From Minisyncoccota bacterium (GTDB lineage Bacteria > Patescibacteriota > Minisyncoccia > Phycocordibacterales > UBA9973), in the NCBI GenBank assembly GCA_041663005.1, contig JBAZRK010000002.1:205402-269401 (forward strand): a stretch of 64,000 nucleotides of DNA, given 5' to 3'. How positions within the stretch are numbered: the stretch's first letter is position 1; every line of letters starts with the position of its first letter. The position numbers and the translations under genes were made by a program. This document shows positions 1 to 9,815 of this stretch, piece by piece. A model generated the notes under the pieces. That model had not been told where the DNA came from and did not search any database. It was given only the letters and a program-made list of their open reading frames with translations.

Positions 1-208
1 CATTGAAGCAAAGAAAAAAGAAAGAGACTGGCTTCGTCGGCAATTGATAAATTTTGAATACATAATGATTCAAAGGAGTGTATGGGTCGGCCCATCTCCT
101 TTGCCAGAAGAGTTTCTAAACTATGTAAGGGCAATGGGACTGAAAGCTCATTTGAAAACCTTCAAATTAGCAAAAGCCTATACCGGAAAGGAGAGTATAT
201 TTAAATAA
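1..208 (+). CDS. 3' end of a PaaX-like regulator with a Cas2-like domain (partial, starts before the window)
   Basis: Frame +2 reads IEAKKKERDWLRRQLINFEYIMIQRSVWVGPSPLP...FK*, stop TAA 206-208. RDWLRxxL and QxSVW resemble the PaaX/Cas2-like fold. Not in the ORF track. Confidence 0.7.
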   Translation, partial: IEAKKKERDWLRRQLINFEYIMIQRSVWVGPSPLPEEFLNYVRAMGLKAHLKTFKLAKAYTGKESIFK

Positions 209-380
209 AAACCCCCTTAGCATATTTACGCTATCGCGCATATATGTAATTTACTTGTTTTTTGAGGTGCCTGCAGGGGAGCGGGCTTTGCTCTGCTGCC
301 TTGTGCATAACCCATCCTTGCCAGGGCCTATCCGGGGGGGTACAATTTGGGTATTATTCTTTAATTCAAAATATAAAAAT

Positions 381-1181
381 ATGGGAAGAGATTCTGCTCC
401 AGGTTCAAAAGAAATAGATCCAAAAGAAGAAGATGCTAAAATAGCGCATGATGCTGAACAGCTAATGTTAGAAAATGGAGATGAGGAGATTCAAGTCGCA
501 ATTAACAAAGTCAAAGAGGAAATAGAAAGAATTCCCTTTAATTCATACTACAGAAAAGAGCAACGCTTGCAAGCAAAAATTAGAGGTTTCGAAACAATTC
601 TTAACAACAGAAAAAGAGAAAAAAATAGGGCGGCAGAAGGAGTAGATGATGTTGGGAAAGCTGAGGCTATGGCATATGCCATGAAGCCGGAAATGGACAA
701 TACTAACGACAGAAACAGATATATGAATTTAGATTTTCGACGCCGACATGAATCGTTTACTATGAGTAAAGCTGAGCGTGAAGAATACGAGCAACTAGGT
801 AGAAGATTTGGGGGTGAAGGATGGGGAAGAGGTCCTTCACATTTAGATAATTTACAGGAGAAGAAATGGGCAGAAGAAAATGCACAAGAGGCCGCCTATG
901 TATACGATGTTGAACAATCGGTGGCGGATAAGAGCGAGGCAGATATAGCTTCAGAGATGAACGGGCTAAAAGAGGAACTTCAAAAATTAGGTAAAGAAGA
1001 CGATAAGTATCTCAGGGCTGAAGATGGCACAAGGAGGGTTATGGAAAGAGAGGGATTTAATCGAGAAGAAGCTGTTCGCCGAATGGAACAAATGAGTAAA
1101 AGGAGATGGACTCTTGAAAAAATAGCTGAAAAAAGAAAAGTAGAAAGACTTTCGAAAGGCATAAAAGACAAGATGCAGTAA
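381..1181 (+). CDS. Hypothetical highly charged helical protein
   Basis: ORF 255..1181; ATG 381 (MGRDSAPG) is preferred because it follows a TTGCCA(318)...TACAAT(341) promoter. E/K/R-rich, no motif recognised. Confidence 0.7.
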   Translation: MGRDSAPGSKEIDPKEEDAKIAHDAEQLMLENGDEEIQVAINKVKEEIERIPFNSYYRKEQRLQAKIRGFETILNNRKREKNRAAEGVDDVGKAEAMAYAMKPEMDNTNDRNRYMNLDFRRRHESFTMSKAEREEYEQLGRRFGGEGWGRGPSHLDNLQEKKWAEENAQEAAYVYDVEQSVADKSEADIASEMNGLKEELQKLGKEDDKYLRAEDGTRRVMEREGFNREEAVRRMEQMSKRRWTLEKIAEKRKVERLSKGIKDKMQ

Positions 1182-1198
1182 CTATTAGTTTATTTGCA

Positions 1199-1248
1199 AA
1201 AAAGTGCCTGATGCGGTATAGTTCGACTAGCGCATCAGGCGCTTTTTT
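1199..1248 (+). terminator. Intrinsic terminator-like hairpin
   Basis: AAAAAGTGCCTGATGCG ... CGCATCAGGCGCTTTTTT inverted repeat with a U-tract. Confidence 0.7.
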
Positions 1249-1260
1249 ATTGCTTTATTA

Positions 1261-1290
1261 CCCCGAAGGAAAGCAAAGCTTCCTACGGGG
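1261..1290. repeat. Short palindromic element upstream of fusA
   Basis: CCCCGAAGGAAAGC-AAA-GCTTCCTACGGGG imperfect hairpin. Confidence 0.5.
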
Positions 1291-1321
1291 CAGGCATAAT
1301 TTATTATTTATTTAAATACTT

Positions 1322-3469
1322 ATGGAAAGAGATTACCCGTTAGAGAAAGTTAGAAACATTGGAATTATCGCGCACATCGATGCCGGGAAGACTACGACTA
1401 CTGAGCGTGTGCTTTTTTACACTGGAGTATCACACAAAATAGGAGAAGTTCACGACGGAGAAACTACCACCGACTGGATGGAGCAGGAACGAGAACGCGG
1501 AATCACAATTACTTCTGCGGCAGTTACTTGTTTCTGGACACCTACTTACGCGCTTGCAGATAAAACCAAGAAGCATCGTTTCAACATCATCGACACACCA
1601 GGACACATCGACTTTACCGTAGAGGTTAAGCGTTCTCTCCGCGTACTCGACGGAGCTGTTGTCGTTTTCGACGGCGTGGCCGGAGTAGAGCCTCAATCTG
1701 AAACTAACTGGAGATATGCCGACGAGGCGAAAGTTCCTCGCGTTTGTTTCGTAAACAAGCTTGACCGAACAGGCGCATCCTTCGAGCACTCATATGCCAC
1801 AATCCTAGACCGACTTACGAAGAAAGCAGTAAGAATGCAGATTCCTATCGGCCTAGAAGAGAAGCACGAAGGAGTGGTGGACCTTCTCAATATGAAGGCG
1901 TACTATTTCGAAGGAGAAATGGGCAACAAGGTTATTGAAAAAGAAATTCCGGAAGAATTAAAGAAAGAAGCGGAAGGATACCACCACGAGCTCATAGAAA
2001 AGATTGTTGAAACGGACGACAAGATGATGACCGAATACTTGGAGGGAATGACTCCATCCATAGAGACTTTGAAGAAAACTCTCCGCAAGGCGGTTATCGA
2101 CAACAACATTTTCCCAGTATTTGCCGGCAGCGCCCTCAAGAACAAAGGGGTGCAATTGGTGCTCGACGCCGTTGTCGACTACCTACCGTCACCACTAGAC
2201 ATTCCACCGATAGGGGGAGTGGACCCTAACACTGACGAGAAAGCTCTACGCCATGCTTCTGATGAAGAACCTTTCGCAGCACTTGCCTTCAAGGTGGCTA
2301 CCGATCCGTTCGTTGGACAGCTCATATTCTTCCGAGTATATTCCGGAACTCTTGCAGCTGGAAGCTACATCTATAACCCTCGCACCAGGAACAAAGAACG
2401 CATCGGCCGAATTTTGCGTATGCATGCCAACGACCGAGAAGAAGTGAAAAAAGTTTTCGCCGGAGAAATTGCCGCTGCTGTGGGACTCAAAGACACAATT
2501 ACCTCAGATACTATCTGCGACGAGAACAATCCTATCGAGCTTGACCGAATTGTCTTCCCTGAGCCTGTCATCTCTCTCCGCATTGAACCTAAGACCAAGT
2601 CCGACCAGGAGAAAATGGGTATGGCGCTTAACCGTTTGGCCCAAGAAGATCCGACCTTCAAAGTTTCTACCGACCAAGAAACCGGGGAGACAATCATCGC
2701 TGGAATGGGAGAGCTTCACCTTGAAATCATTGTGGACCGTATGAAGCGAGAATTTTCCGTTGAAGCTAACGTCGGCAAGCCACAGGTTGCTTATCGCGAG
2801 ACAATTACGACAAATGCCGATGCGGAAGGTAAATACATCAAGCAGTCAGGAGGACGCGGAAACTACGGTCACGTCAAGATTAAAATTAAACCAATGGAGC
2901 TTCTCACCAAAGAAGAACTGGAAGATTTGCCGAAAAATACCAAGCGCGACGACCATTTCGAATTTGTTAACAACATCAAGGGAGGTGTTATTCCACAAGA
3001 ATACATCGCGCCTTGTGAGAAGGGCTTCCGTGAAGGTTTGGACCGTGGAGTGCTCGCCGGATTTAAAATGGTTAACGTTTCCGTCAATCTCTGGGACGGT
3101 AGCTATCACGAAGTGGACTCGAACGAAATGGCTTTCAAAATTGCCGCTTCGATGGCAATACAAGACGCTTGCAAGAGTGCCAAGCCGGTAATCCTCGAAC
3201 CGATGATGAAAGTTGAAGTTGTTACCCCGGAGAAATTTATGGGAGACGTCACCGGTAACCTCTCTTCTAAGCGAGGACTTATCGAAGGTATGGAAGACCG
3301 AGGAATGAACAAGGTTATGCGCGCGATAGTGCCGCTCTCCGAAATGTTCGGATATATGACCGGACTCCGCTCAATGACCGAAGGCCGCGCTTCTTTCACT
3401 ATGGAATTCTACCGTTACGACATTGTGCCTAACAATGTTGCCGAGACAATCATTGCCGCTAGGAAATAA
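1322..3469 (+). CDS. fusA: Elongation factor G
   Basis: [29 protein letters not shown]; 715 aa. Confidence 0.99.
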   Translation: MERDYPLEKVRNIGIIAHIDAGKTTTTERVLFYTGVSHKIGEVHDGETTTDWMEQERERGITITSAAVTCFWTPTYALADKTKKHRFNIIDTPGHIDFTVEVKRSLRVLDGAVVVFDGVAGVEPQSETNWRYADEAKVPRVCFVNKLDRTGASFEHSYATILDRLTKKAVRMQIPIGLEEKHEGVVDLLNMKAYYFEGEMGNKVIEKEIPEELKKEAEGYHHELIEKIVETDDKMMTEYLEGMTPSIETLKKTLRKAVIDNNIFPVFAGSALKNKGVQLVLDAVVDYLPSPLDIPPIGGVDPNTDEKALRHASDEEPFAALAFKVATDPFVGQLIFFRVYSGTLAAGSYIYNPRTRNKERIGRILRMHANDREEVKKVFAGEIAAAVGLKDTITSDTICDENNPIELDRIVFPEPVISLRIEPKTKSDQEKMGMALNRLAQEDPTFKVSTDQETGETIIAGMGELHLEIIVDRMKREFSVEANVGKPQVAYRETITTNADAEGKYIKQSGGRGNYGHVKIKIKPMELLTKEELEDLPKNTKRDDHFEFVNNIKGGVIPQEYIAPCEKGFREGLDRGVLAGFKMVNVSVNLWDGSYHEVDSNEMAFKIAASMAIQDACKSAKPVILEPMMKVEVVTPEKFMGDVTGNLSSKRGLIEGMEDRGMNKVMRAIVPLSEMFGYMTGLRSMTEGRASFTMEFYRYDIVPNNVAETIIAARK

Positions 3470-3570
3470 CGTAAACAAATTTTACCGGTACGGATTTTTT
3501 AAGCTTAAAAAATCCTGAAGTTTTCGGCTCGACAGCCTCAAAACCCCTCAAAAATCTGTTTCCGTTATTT
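3464..3570. repeat. MITE-like element with 20-bp terminal inverted repeats and internal hairpins
   Basis: Left AAATAACGTAAACAAATTTT matches the reverse complement of right AAAATCTGTTTCCGTTATTT at 18/20; internal perfect palindrome GGATTTTTTAAGCTTAAAAAATCC (3492-3515). Confidence 0.55.
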
Positions 3571-3595
3571 TCTGTTTTTTGCTATTATATTAATA

Positions 3596-4675
3596 ATGTT
3601 ATATACGCCTTTCTACGACCCAAGTAAAACATACGAAGAAAACTTCGCAGAAGGACCATTTGGGGTTTTTGCCCGCCCGACTGAGCAGTCGTTCGGGCGG
3701 GCTGACGGGGAACCAAAATATGATTTCCTTGGCGTTAAAGTAAATTCGCCATTCGGAATTCCTGCCGGACCATTGATCAATTCAAATTTTTGTAAAGGAG
3801 CATTTGAAAAAGGGTTTGATATTTGTGTCTATAAGACAGTGCGCTCGGGAGTTTACCCCTGCCACCCATTTCCCAATGTTTTGTCAGTAAAAATTGAGGG
3901 GAATCTGACTTTGGAAAAAGCTCAGGAAAAATTAATTGCCGACAATAATTATGTTGAGCCGATTTCTATAACTAATTCTTTCGGCGTGCCTTCGCGAGAA
4001 GCGACAGCTTGGCAGGACGATGTAAAACAAGCACTTACTTATGCGCGAGCTGGGCAAGTTTTAGTTTTAGGTTTTATGGGTACAGTGCGCGAAGGGCTGA
4101 CAGCGGAAGAATTTATTGCTGACTACGCGCTGGCAGCAAAACAAGCCAAAGAAACAGGAGTAAAAATTCTAGAGACAAATTTATCTTGTCCCAACATCGG
4201 TAACGAAGGTCTTGTCTGCTACAACCTAGATATGACAGCAAAAGTTTGCACAGCTATACGAAAAGAAATAGGGGACACCCCGCTCATTTTAAAAGTTGGC
4301 TACTATAAAGACTATGAAGATGTGAAAAAGCTCGCAGAAATTTGTAAGAAATATGCGCAGGCAATTTCGGCCATCAATACTATCCCCGCAGAAATTGTGG
4401 ACAAAGAAGGGAAGCAAGCATTGCCTGGGCCCAACAGAGTAAAATCAGGAGTATGCGGAGCATCTATAAAATGGGCGGGGCTCGAAATGGCAGAAAAGTT
4501 GAAGAAAGCCCGTACGGAAATAGGCGCAGGGTTTAAAATTATTGGTGTCGGCGGAGTTATGACTTCCGAGGATTTCTTTGAATACCGAAAAGCTGGGGCG
4601 GATTTCGTAATGTCGGCTACCGGAGCTATGTGGAACCCTCATCTTGCTAAAGAGATAAAAGAAAGGCTAGAATAA
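3596..4675 (+). CDS. pyrD: Dihydroorotate dehydrogenase-like FMN TIM-barrel protein (class 1-like)
   Basis: GIPAGP, NSFG, ETNLSCPN, AINT, IIGVGGV motifs; directly upstream of pyrE and pyrF. Confidence 0.8.
   Translation: MLYTPFYDPSKTYEENFAEGPFGVFARPTEQSFGRADGEPKYDFLGVKVNSPFGIPAGPLINSNFCKGAFEKGFDICVYKTVRSGVYPCHPFPNVLSVKIEGNLTLEKAQEKLIADNNYVEPISITNSFGVPSREATAWQDDVKQALTYARAGQVLVLGFMGTVREGLTAEEFIADYALAAKQAKETGVKILETNLSCPNIGNEGLVCYNLDMTAKVCTAIRKEIGDTPLILKVGYYKDYEDVKKLAEICKKYAQAISAINTIPAEIVDKEGKQALPGPNRVKSGVCGASIKWAGLEMAEKLKKARTEIGAGFKIIGVGGVMTSEDFFEYRKAGADFVMSATGAMWNPHLAKEIKERLE
3671..3702. repeat. Palindromic element inside pyrD (in frame, ARPTEQSFGR)
   Basis: GCCCGCCCGA-CTGAGCAGTCGT-TCGGGCGGGC, perfect 10-bp GC-rich arms within an AT-rich gene. 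Confidence 0.65.
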
Positions 4676-4679
4676 CAAT

Positions 4680-5306
4680 ATGGATATCATTTCTTTACTA
4701 AAAGCCGTAGGCGCTGTAATGCCGGACAGCCATTTTGTCGGAGTGTCAGGCAAGCATATGGCGACCTACATTACCAAAGACGCTTTATTCCCCCACGTTT
4801 TAGAAGTTGAAAAAGTTTGCCAGATGTTTGCTGAAAAAAATAAAGATGTAGATGTAGATGTAGATGTGGTTGCGGCGCCCGCACTCGGGGGAATAATTTT
4901 AGCTCAAGGTACTGCTTATGCGCTCTCTAAAATTAAAGGCAAAGAAATTCTAGCGATATTTACGGAAAAAACAGGAGATGGGGATCAGGTTTTCACCAGA
5001 GGGTACGATAAATACGTCGCTGGCAAAAATGTTCTAGTTTTAGAAGATTTAACGACGACGGGGGGCTCAGTGCAAAAAGTTATAGCAAGTGTAAAGAAGG
5101 CGGGAGGAAATGTGCTGGCTGTCTCCGTAATGGTAAATAAATCTCCAAAAGTAGTTAATAGCGAGATGTTTGGCGTGCCACTGAGGGCCCTCGGAGAGCT
5201 TGAGATAGAAAATTATGATGCCGAAAATTGCCCGCTTTGTAAAAATAATATTCCTATCAATACAGACTTCGGACACGGTAAGAAATTTTTAGAATCCAAA
5301 AAATAG
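4680..5306 (+). CDS. pyrE: Orotate phosphoribosyltransferase
   Basis: HFVGVSGKH; PRPP-binding loop VLVLEDLTTTGGS. Confidence 0.92.
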   Translation: MDIISLLKAVGAVMPDSHFVGVSGKHMATYITKDALFPHVLEVEKVCQMFAEKNKDVDVDVDVVAAPALGGIILAQGTAYALSKIKGKEILAIFTEKTGDGDQVFTRGYDKYVAGKNVLVLEDLTTTGGSVQKVIASVKKAGGNVLAVSVMVNKSPKVVNSEMFGVPLRALGELEIENYDAENCPLCKNNIPINTDFGHGKKFLESKK

Positions 5307-5307
5307 C

Positions 5308-5982
5308 ATGAAAAAACTAATTTTAGCCTTGGATGAAATACAAAACCTTGATGATGCGGTCAGTCTTGTAAAAAAGGTTGGTTCTTTGATGTATGCCGTA
5401 AAAATTCACAATTTGTATGACAAGTTCGGGCCCGATGTGGTGCGACTACTTAAAGAAGCTGGAGCCGAAAAAGTATGGGTAGACTATAAGCTTTATGATA
5501 TTCCCAACACGGGTAAACTTCGTGGAGAAAGCATTGTGGCAGACATAATATCTGTCCACGCCTCCGGGGGAATAAAGATGATGCAAGAGATAGTTGCCGG
5601 AGGTAAGGAAGTTTTTGCGGTGACGATGCTTACATCTTTCTCTCGGGATGAGGTGAAGCAGATTTATAACAGGGAAGTGGACGAAGCGGTTGTGGTCTTA
5701 GCCCGCTTGGCTAAAGAAGCCGGAGTTTCCGGAGTAGTATGCTCACCCCAAGAAATTAAAATTCTCAGAGGCAATCCTGAGTTTAAAGATTTAAAACTTG
5801 TAGTTCCAGGAATTCGGTCTTCGGGAGTTAGTGCAGATGATCAAATGAGAATAGGCACCCCGTCCCAAGCGCTCGAAGATGGAGCGGACTACTTAGTGAT
5901 AGGCAGGCAAATAACCGAGGCCCCGGACCCTGAGGTAGAAACAATAAAACTTTGCGAAGAAATTAGAAAACTTAGGAACTAA
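5308..5982 (+). CDS. pyrF: Orotidine-5'-phosphate decarboxylase
   Basis: ILALD, DYKLYDIPNT, VPGIR, VIGRQI. Confidence 0.95.
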   Translation: MKKLILALDEIQNLDDAVSLVKKVGSLMYAVKIHNLYDKFGPDVVRLLKEAGAEKVWVDYKLYDIPNTGKLRGESIVADIISVHASGGIKMMQEIVAGGKEVFAVTMLTSFSRDEVKQIYNREVDEAVVVLARLAKEAGVSGVVCSPQEIKILRGNPEFKDLKLVVPGIRSSGVSADDQMRIGTPSQALEDGADYLVIGRQITEAPDPEVETIKLCEEIRKLRN

Positions 5983-5987
5983 TAAAT

Positions 5988-6434
5988 ATGAGCGAAAAAT
6001 ATAGTCTTGATGCAGGTATCCCAGTACAAAAGCCAATAGAAAATAAGGAAAAGTTACCCAAAGTATTATTAGCAGAGGACAATGAAAGTGTTCGGGTTGC
6101 GACCGAGATGATGCTTGAAATGGCTGGGTATGAGACTGAAGTAGTTGAGAATGGAAAAGAATTACTGGATAGAGTTTTAAGCGGAGGTAAAATAAATTTT
6201 ATTGTAACTGACAATGAAATGCCAGAAATGGACGGACTTGAGGCCATCAAACTTATCAGAAATGATTCTCGGTTTGCCTCTACGCCAATAATAATGCATT
6301 CGGGGTCGCTGACAAAAGACATAATTGACCATGCGACGTCACTTCGGGTAGTTTGCTTAGGTAAGCCGTATTCGTTTGATGATTTTGAGGAGGCTCTTAA
6401 AAGAGCAAAGGCCCTAGTGCTAATGGGGGAATAA
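5988..6434 (+). CDS. Single-domain response regulator (CheY-like receiver)
   Basis: VLLAEDN, VTDNEMPEMDG, KP. Confidence 0.9.
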   Translation: MSEKYSLDAGIPVQKPIENKEKLPKVLLAEDNESVRVATEMMLEMAGYETEVVENGKELLDRVLSGGKINFIVTDNEMPEMDGLEAIKLIRNDSRFASTPIIMHSGSLTKDIIDHATSLRVVCLGKPYSFDDFEEALKRAKALVLMGE

Positions 6435-6448
6435 GCCAAATACCATAT

Positions 6449-6591
6449 TTGACAATGGCTGGAAATTTGCTACTATGGTAAATAACTGCACTTTCTGCAG
6501 TTTTTGTTTTGTTTTATAAATTTATTAGTTAATCTTGTTAGTAATTAGGCCTTAGCGACTGGTTCTCGTACGTTAAGTTTTAATTAGTAAC
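6449..6591 (+). promoter_or_regulatory. tuf promoter and structured 5' leader
   Basis: TTGACA(6449)-16-TACTAT(6471) with an extended TG; long imperfect hairpin 6537-6591. Confidence 0.65.
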
Positions 6592-6603
6592 TCAAATAAG
6601 CAT

Positions 6604-7797
6604 ATGGCAGAAGAATTTAAGAGAGATAAGCCGCACATCAATGTCGGCACCATTGGTCACGTTGACCATGGAAAGACAACTTTAACCGCGGCAATCCTCC
6701 ATGTTTTAAACATGATGGGGAACACAGTTAGACTTCGCGGAGTCGACCAAATCGACAACGCTCCCGAGGAAAAAGCTCGTGGAATCACTATTAACATTTC
6801 TCACAACGAGTACGCTACAGAAGCGCGTCACTATGCGCACATTGACGCTCCCGGACACGCCGACTACATCAAGAACATGATTACTGGTGCCGCTCAAATG
6901 GACGGTGCTATTCTTGTGGTTGCCGCAACAGACGGAGCTATGCCTCAGACTCGCGAACACGTTTTGCTCGCAAAGCAGGTTGGCGTGCCTAAAATCATTG
7001 TTTTCTTGAACAAATGCGACATGGTTGATGATAAAGATATGATTGACCTTGTTGAAGAAGAAATTCGTGAACTCCTTACAAAACAAGGCTTTGATGGCGC
7101 TGGCGCACCGGTTATCCGAGGCTCTGCTCTAAAAGCTCTTGAATCTTCTTCAAAGGACGATGAATGGGCCAAGAAAGTTGCTGAATTGGTAAATGCTCTC
7201 GATACTTACATCCCTATCCCAGAACGAGATGTTACCAAGCCTTTCCTTATGCCAGTTGAAGACATATTCTCAATCGAAGGCCGCGGTACAGTTGTAACCG
7301 GTAAAATCGAAAGAGGAATAGTTAAAGTAGGGGAAGAAGTGGAAGTAGTTGGTATTAAAGCTACCCAGAAGACCACAGTTACCGGTATCGAAATGTTTAA
7401 CAAGAACTTGCAAGAGGGTATGGCTGGCGACAACGCTGGTATTCTCCTCCGAGGTCTTAAGAAAGAAGATATAACTCGAGGACAGGTTCTCTGTAAGCCC
7501 GGTACAACTACCCCACACGATAACTTCACTGCAGAAATTTACGTGTTGAAAAAGGAAGAAGGTGGACGACACACTCCATTCTTCAAGGGATACAAACCTC
7601 AGTTCTACATCCGAACTACGGACGTGACTGGAGATGTTACCTTGGCAGAAGGAACCGAAATGGTTATGCCTGGAGATACGGTTAAGATTACAGTTAAATT
7701 AGTAACCCCGGTTGCCCTAGAAGAAGCCCAGAGATTTGCTATCCGAGAAGGAGGCAAGACGGTTGGGGCCGGAGTTGTTACGAAGATCTTAGGATAA
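6604..7797 (+). CDS. tuf: Elongation factor Tu
   Basis: [26 protein letters not shown]. Confidence 0.99.
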   Translation: MAEEFKRDKPHINVGTIGHVDHGKTTLTAAILHVLNMMGNTVRLRGVDQIDNAPEEKARGITINISHNEYATEARHYAHIDAPGHADYIKNMITGAAQMDGAILVVAATDGAMPQTREHVLLAKQVGVPKIIVFLNKCDMVDDKDMIDLVEEEIRELLTKQGFDGAGAPVIRGSALKALESSSKDDEWAKKVAELVNALDTYIPIPERDVTKPFLMPVEDIFSIEGRGTVVTGKIERGIVKVGEEVEVVGIKATQKTTVTGIEMFNKNLQEGMAGDNAGILLRGLKKEDITRGQVLCKPGTTTPHDNFTAEIYVLKKEEGGRHTPFFKGYKPQFYIRTTDVTGDVTLAEGTEMVMPGDTVKITVKLVTPVALEEAQRFAIREGGKTVGAGVVTKILG

Positions 7798-7820
7798 TAA
7801 ATTAAAAGTTAGATAGTTCC

Positions 7821-8237
7821 ATGACAACAGCAGATACCAAAGTAGAAAGCAAGACAAAAAAGAAGGCTAGCAAGGCCAAGAAGCCTTCGACTGCCGACAA
7901 GAAAGACAAGCCGGCTAAAGCAGCAGACGGTCGCGTAACGCTTCGTATACGAGTGCGAGCTTACGAGAGCAAGATTCTGGATGCTTCAGTTAAACAAATA
8001 ATGGATACTGCTGTTCGTTATGACGCGGAGATAGTAGGCCCTGTGCCACTTCCGACAGAAATCAAAAAATACACGGTTAACCGCGCTTCTTTTATCTACA
8101 AAAATACACGAGAACAGTTTGAGATAAGAGTCCACAAGCGATTAATCGATATTGTAAATCCGAACGCCAAGACCGTAGAGGCTCTGACCAACTTAACCCT
8201 GCCTTCCGGAGTCGACATAGATGTAAAAATGATGTAA
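7821..8237 (+). CDS. rpsJ: 30S ribosomal protein S10 with a Lys-rich N-terminal extension
   Basis: GPVPLPT, REQFEIRVHKRLIDI. Confidence 0.97.
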   Translation: MTTADTKVESKTKKKASKAKKPSTADKKDKPAKAADGRVTLRIRVRAYESKILDASVKQIMDTAVRYDAEIVGPVPLPTEIKKYTVNRASFIYKNTREQFEIRVHKRLIDIVNPNAKTVEALTNLTLPSGVDIDVKMM

Positions 8238-8258
8238 CGCCTGAGGCAAATAACCTTT

Positions 8259-8840
8259 ATGAAATTTATTCTTGGAAAAAAAGAAAATATGGCGGAATAC
8301 TTTGCTGAAAACGGCCAGGTTGTTCCGGTGACCATAGTTTCCATCTTGCCTGGAGTTGTCAAAAAGATTTTTTCCAAGGAAAAGGACGGCTATGATTCCG
8401 TCCAGATAAGTTGGGGCGCAATCAAGAACAAAAAAAGCACCAAAGAAAAGTTGAAAGAATTTAGGCTGAAAGCTGGAGATAAGGTGGACCTAAAAGAAGG
8501 AGATACCATAAGCATGGAAAGCTTTCTTCCTGGAGACAAGATAGTGGTTTCAAGTGTTTCCAAGGGTAAGGGTTTCCAGGGCGTAGTTAAACGCCACGGA
8601 TTTTCCGGTGGACCTCGTTCCCACGGACAGAAGCATTCTGAAAGAGAGCCTGGATCCATCGGCGGGGGACTCCGCACCCACGTACCGAAAGGTATGCGTA
8701 TGGCCGGCCGTATGGGCTCCGACAGAATTACCCAAAAGAATTTGAAAGTTGTTTTAGTTGATAAAGAAAATAATTTTATGTTGGTCAAGGGTGCCATCGC
8801 CGGCAAACGCGGAACCTTGGTAGAAATAATAAGCAGATAA
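8259..8840 (+). CDS. rplC: 50S ribosomal protein L3
   Basis: SKGKGFQGVVKRHGF, MAGRMG. Confidence 0.97.
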   Translation: MKFILGKKENMAEYFAENGQVVPVTIVSILPGVVKKIFSKEKDGYDSVQISWGAIKNKKSTKEKLKEFRLKAGDKVDLKEGDTISMESFLPGDKIVVSSVSKGKGFQGVVKRHGFSGGPRSHGQKHSEREPGSIGGGLRTHVPKGMRMAGRMGSDRITQKNLKVVLVDKENNFMLVKGAIAGKRGTLVEIISR

Positions 8841-8849
8841 TTTATCGCA

Positions 8850-9509
8850 ATGGAAGCAAAAATATACAACCAAAAAGGCAAGGAAGCAGGCACGATAAAT
8901 TTGCCCGAGAAAGTTTTCGGCGCGCCTTGGAGATCAGACTTGGTTCACCAGGTTATCGAAGGGATGAGAAGCAACAAACGTTCTGGTACTGCTGACACCA
9001 AGGGCCGAGGTGAAGTACGCGGCGGAGGTAAAAAGCCTTGGAAGCAAAAGGGTACCGGACGAGCCCGACACGGTTCTACTCGAAGCCCTATTTGGGTAGG
9101 AGGAGGTGTGACCCACGGTCCATTAGCCGAGAAAAACTACAAACGAAAGATTACCAAGTCTATGCGTGCGCAAGCCCTTTACTCAGTGCTCTCCAAGAAG
9201 CTTAAAGATGGCGAAATAGTTTTCGTTGACTCCTTATCTCTACCAGGAATCAAAACAAAGGATGCCCTGGCAGTTATGGAAAGTTTGTCTAAGGCTTCGG
9301 GACTAAAAGCCTTCGGAGGTTCCAAGAAGAAGCGCGTACTTACCGCTCTCTTAGAGCGAAACGTTAACGCCGAAAGAAGCTTCAGAAATTTGCCACAGCT
9401 TGAAATGGTTTTTGTGAAAAATTTGAATCCGCTCGACGTCCTAAATCACCAATACCTTTTAATAGAAAATCCGGAGAAAGCCGCTGAATTTTTAGTAAGC
9501 AGAGGCTAA
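8850..9509 (+). CDS. rplD: 50S ribosomal protein L4
   Basis: KPWKQKGTGRARHGS. Confidence 0.98.
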   Translation: MEAKIYNQKGKEAGTINLPEKVFGAPWRSDLVHQVIEGMRSNKRSGTADTKGRGEVRGGGKKPWKQKGTGRARHGSTRSPIWVGGGVTHGPLAEKNYKRKITKSMRAQALYSVLSKKLKDGEIVFVDSLSLPGIKTKDALAVMESLSKASGLKAFGGSKKKRVLTALLERNVNAERSFRNLPQLEMVFVKNLNPLDVLNHQYLLIENPEKAAEFLVSRG

Positions 9510-9516
9510 TTAATTT

Positions 9517-9789
9517 ATGAATACGAACATTATAAAAAATCCAAGGGTTACCGAGAAGGGGAGTTATTCCTTGGAGCATAACGTGTATACCTTTGACATA
9601 ACCAAAGAAGCTACTAAGGCTGAAATTAAAAAGGCGATTTTTGCTTTGTACAAAGTACACCCTGTTAAGGTTAACGTACTTGCTATCCCAAAGAAAAATG
9701 TAATGCTTCGAGGGAAGCCTGGATCAAAGGGCGGGGGAAGGAAAGCTTTTGTATATCTCAAGGACGGAGATAAGATAGAATTTGTATAA
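9517..9789 (+). CDS. rplW: 50S ribosomal protein L23
   Basis: PRVTEK, KAFVYL; operon position. Confidence 0.95.
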   Translation: MNTNIIKNPRVTEKGSYSLEHNVYTFDITKEATKAEIKKAIFALYKVHPVKVNVLAIPKKNVMLRGKPGSKGGGRKAFVYLKDGDKIEFV

Positions 9790-9815
9790 CACTAGAACAA
9801 TTTTGAGATAAAACC

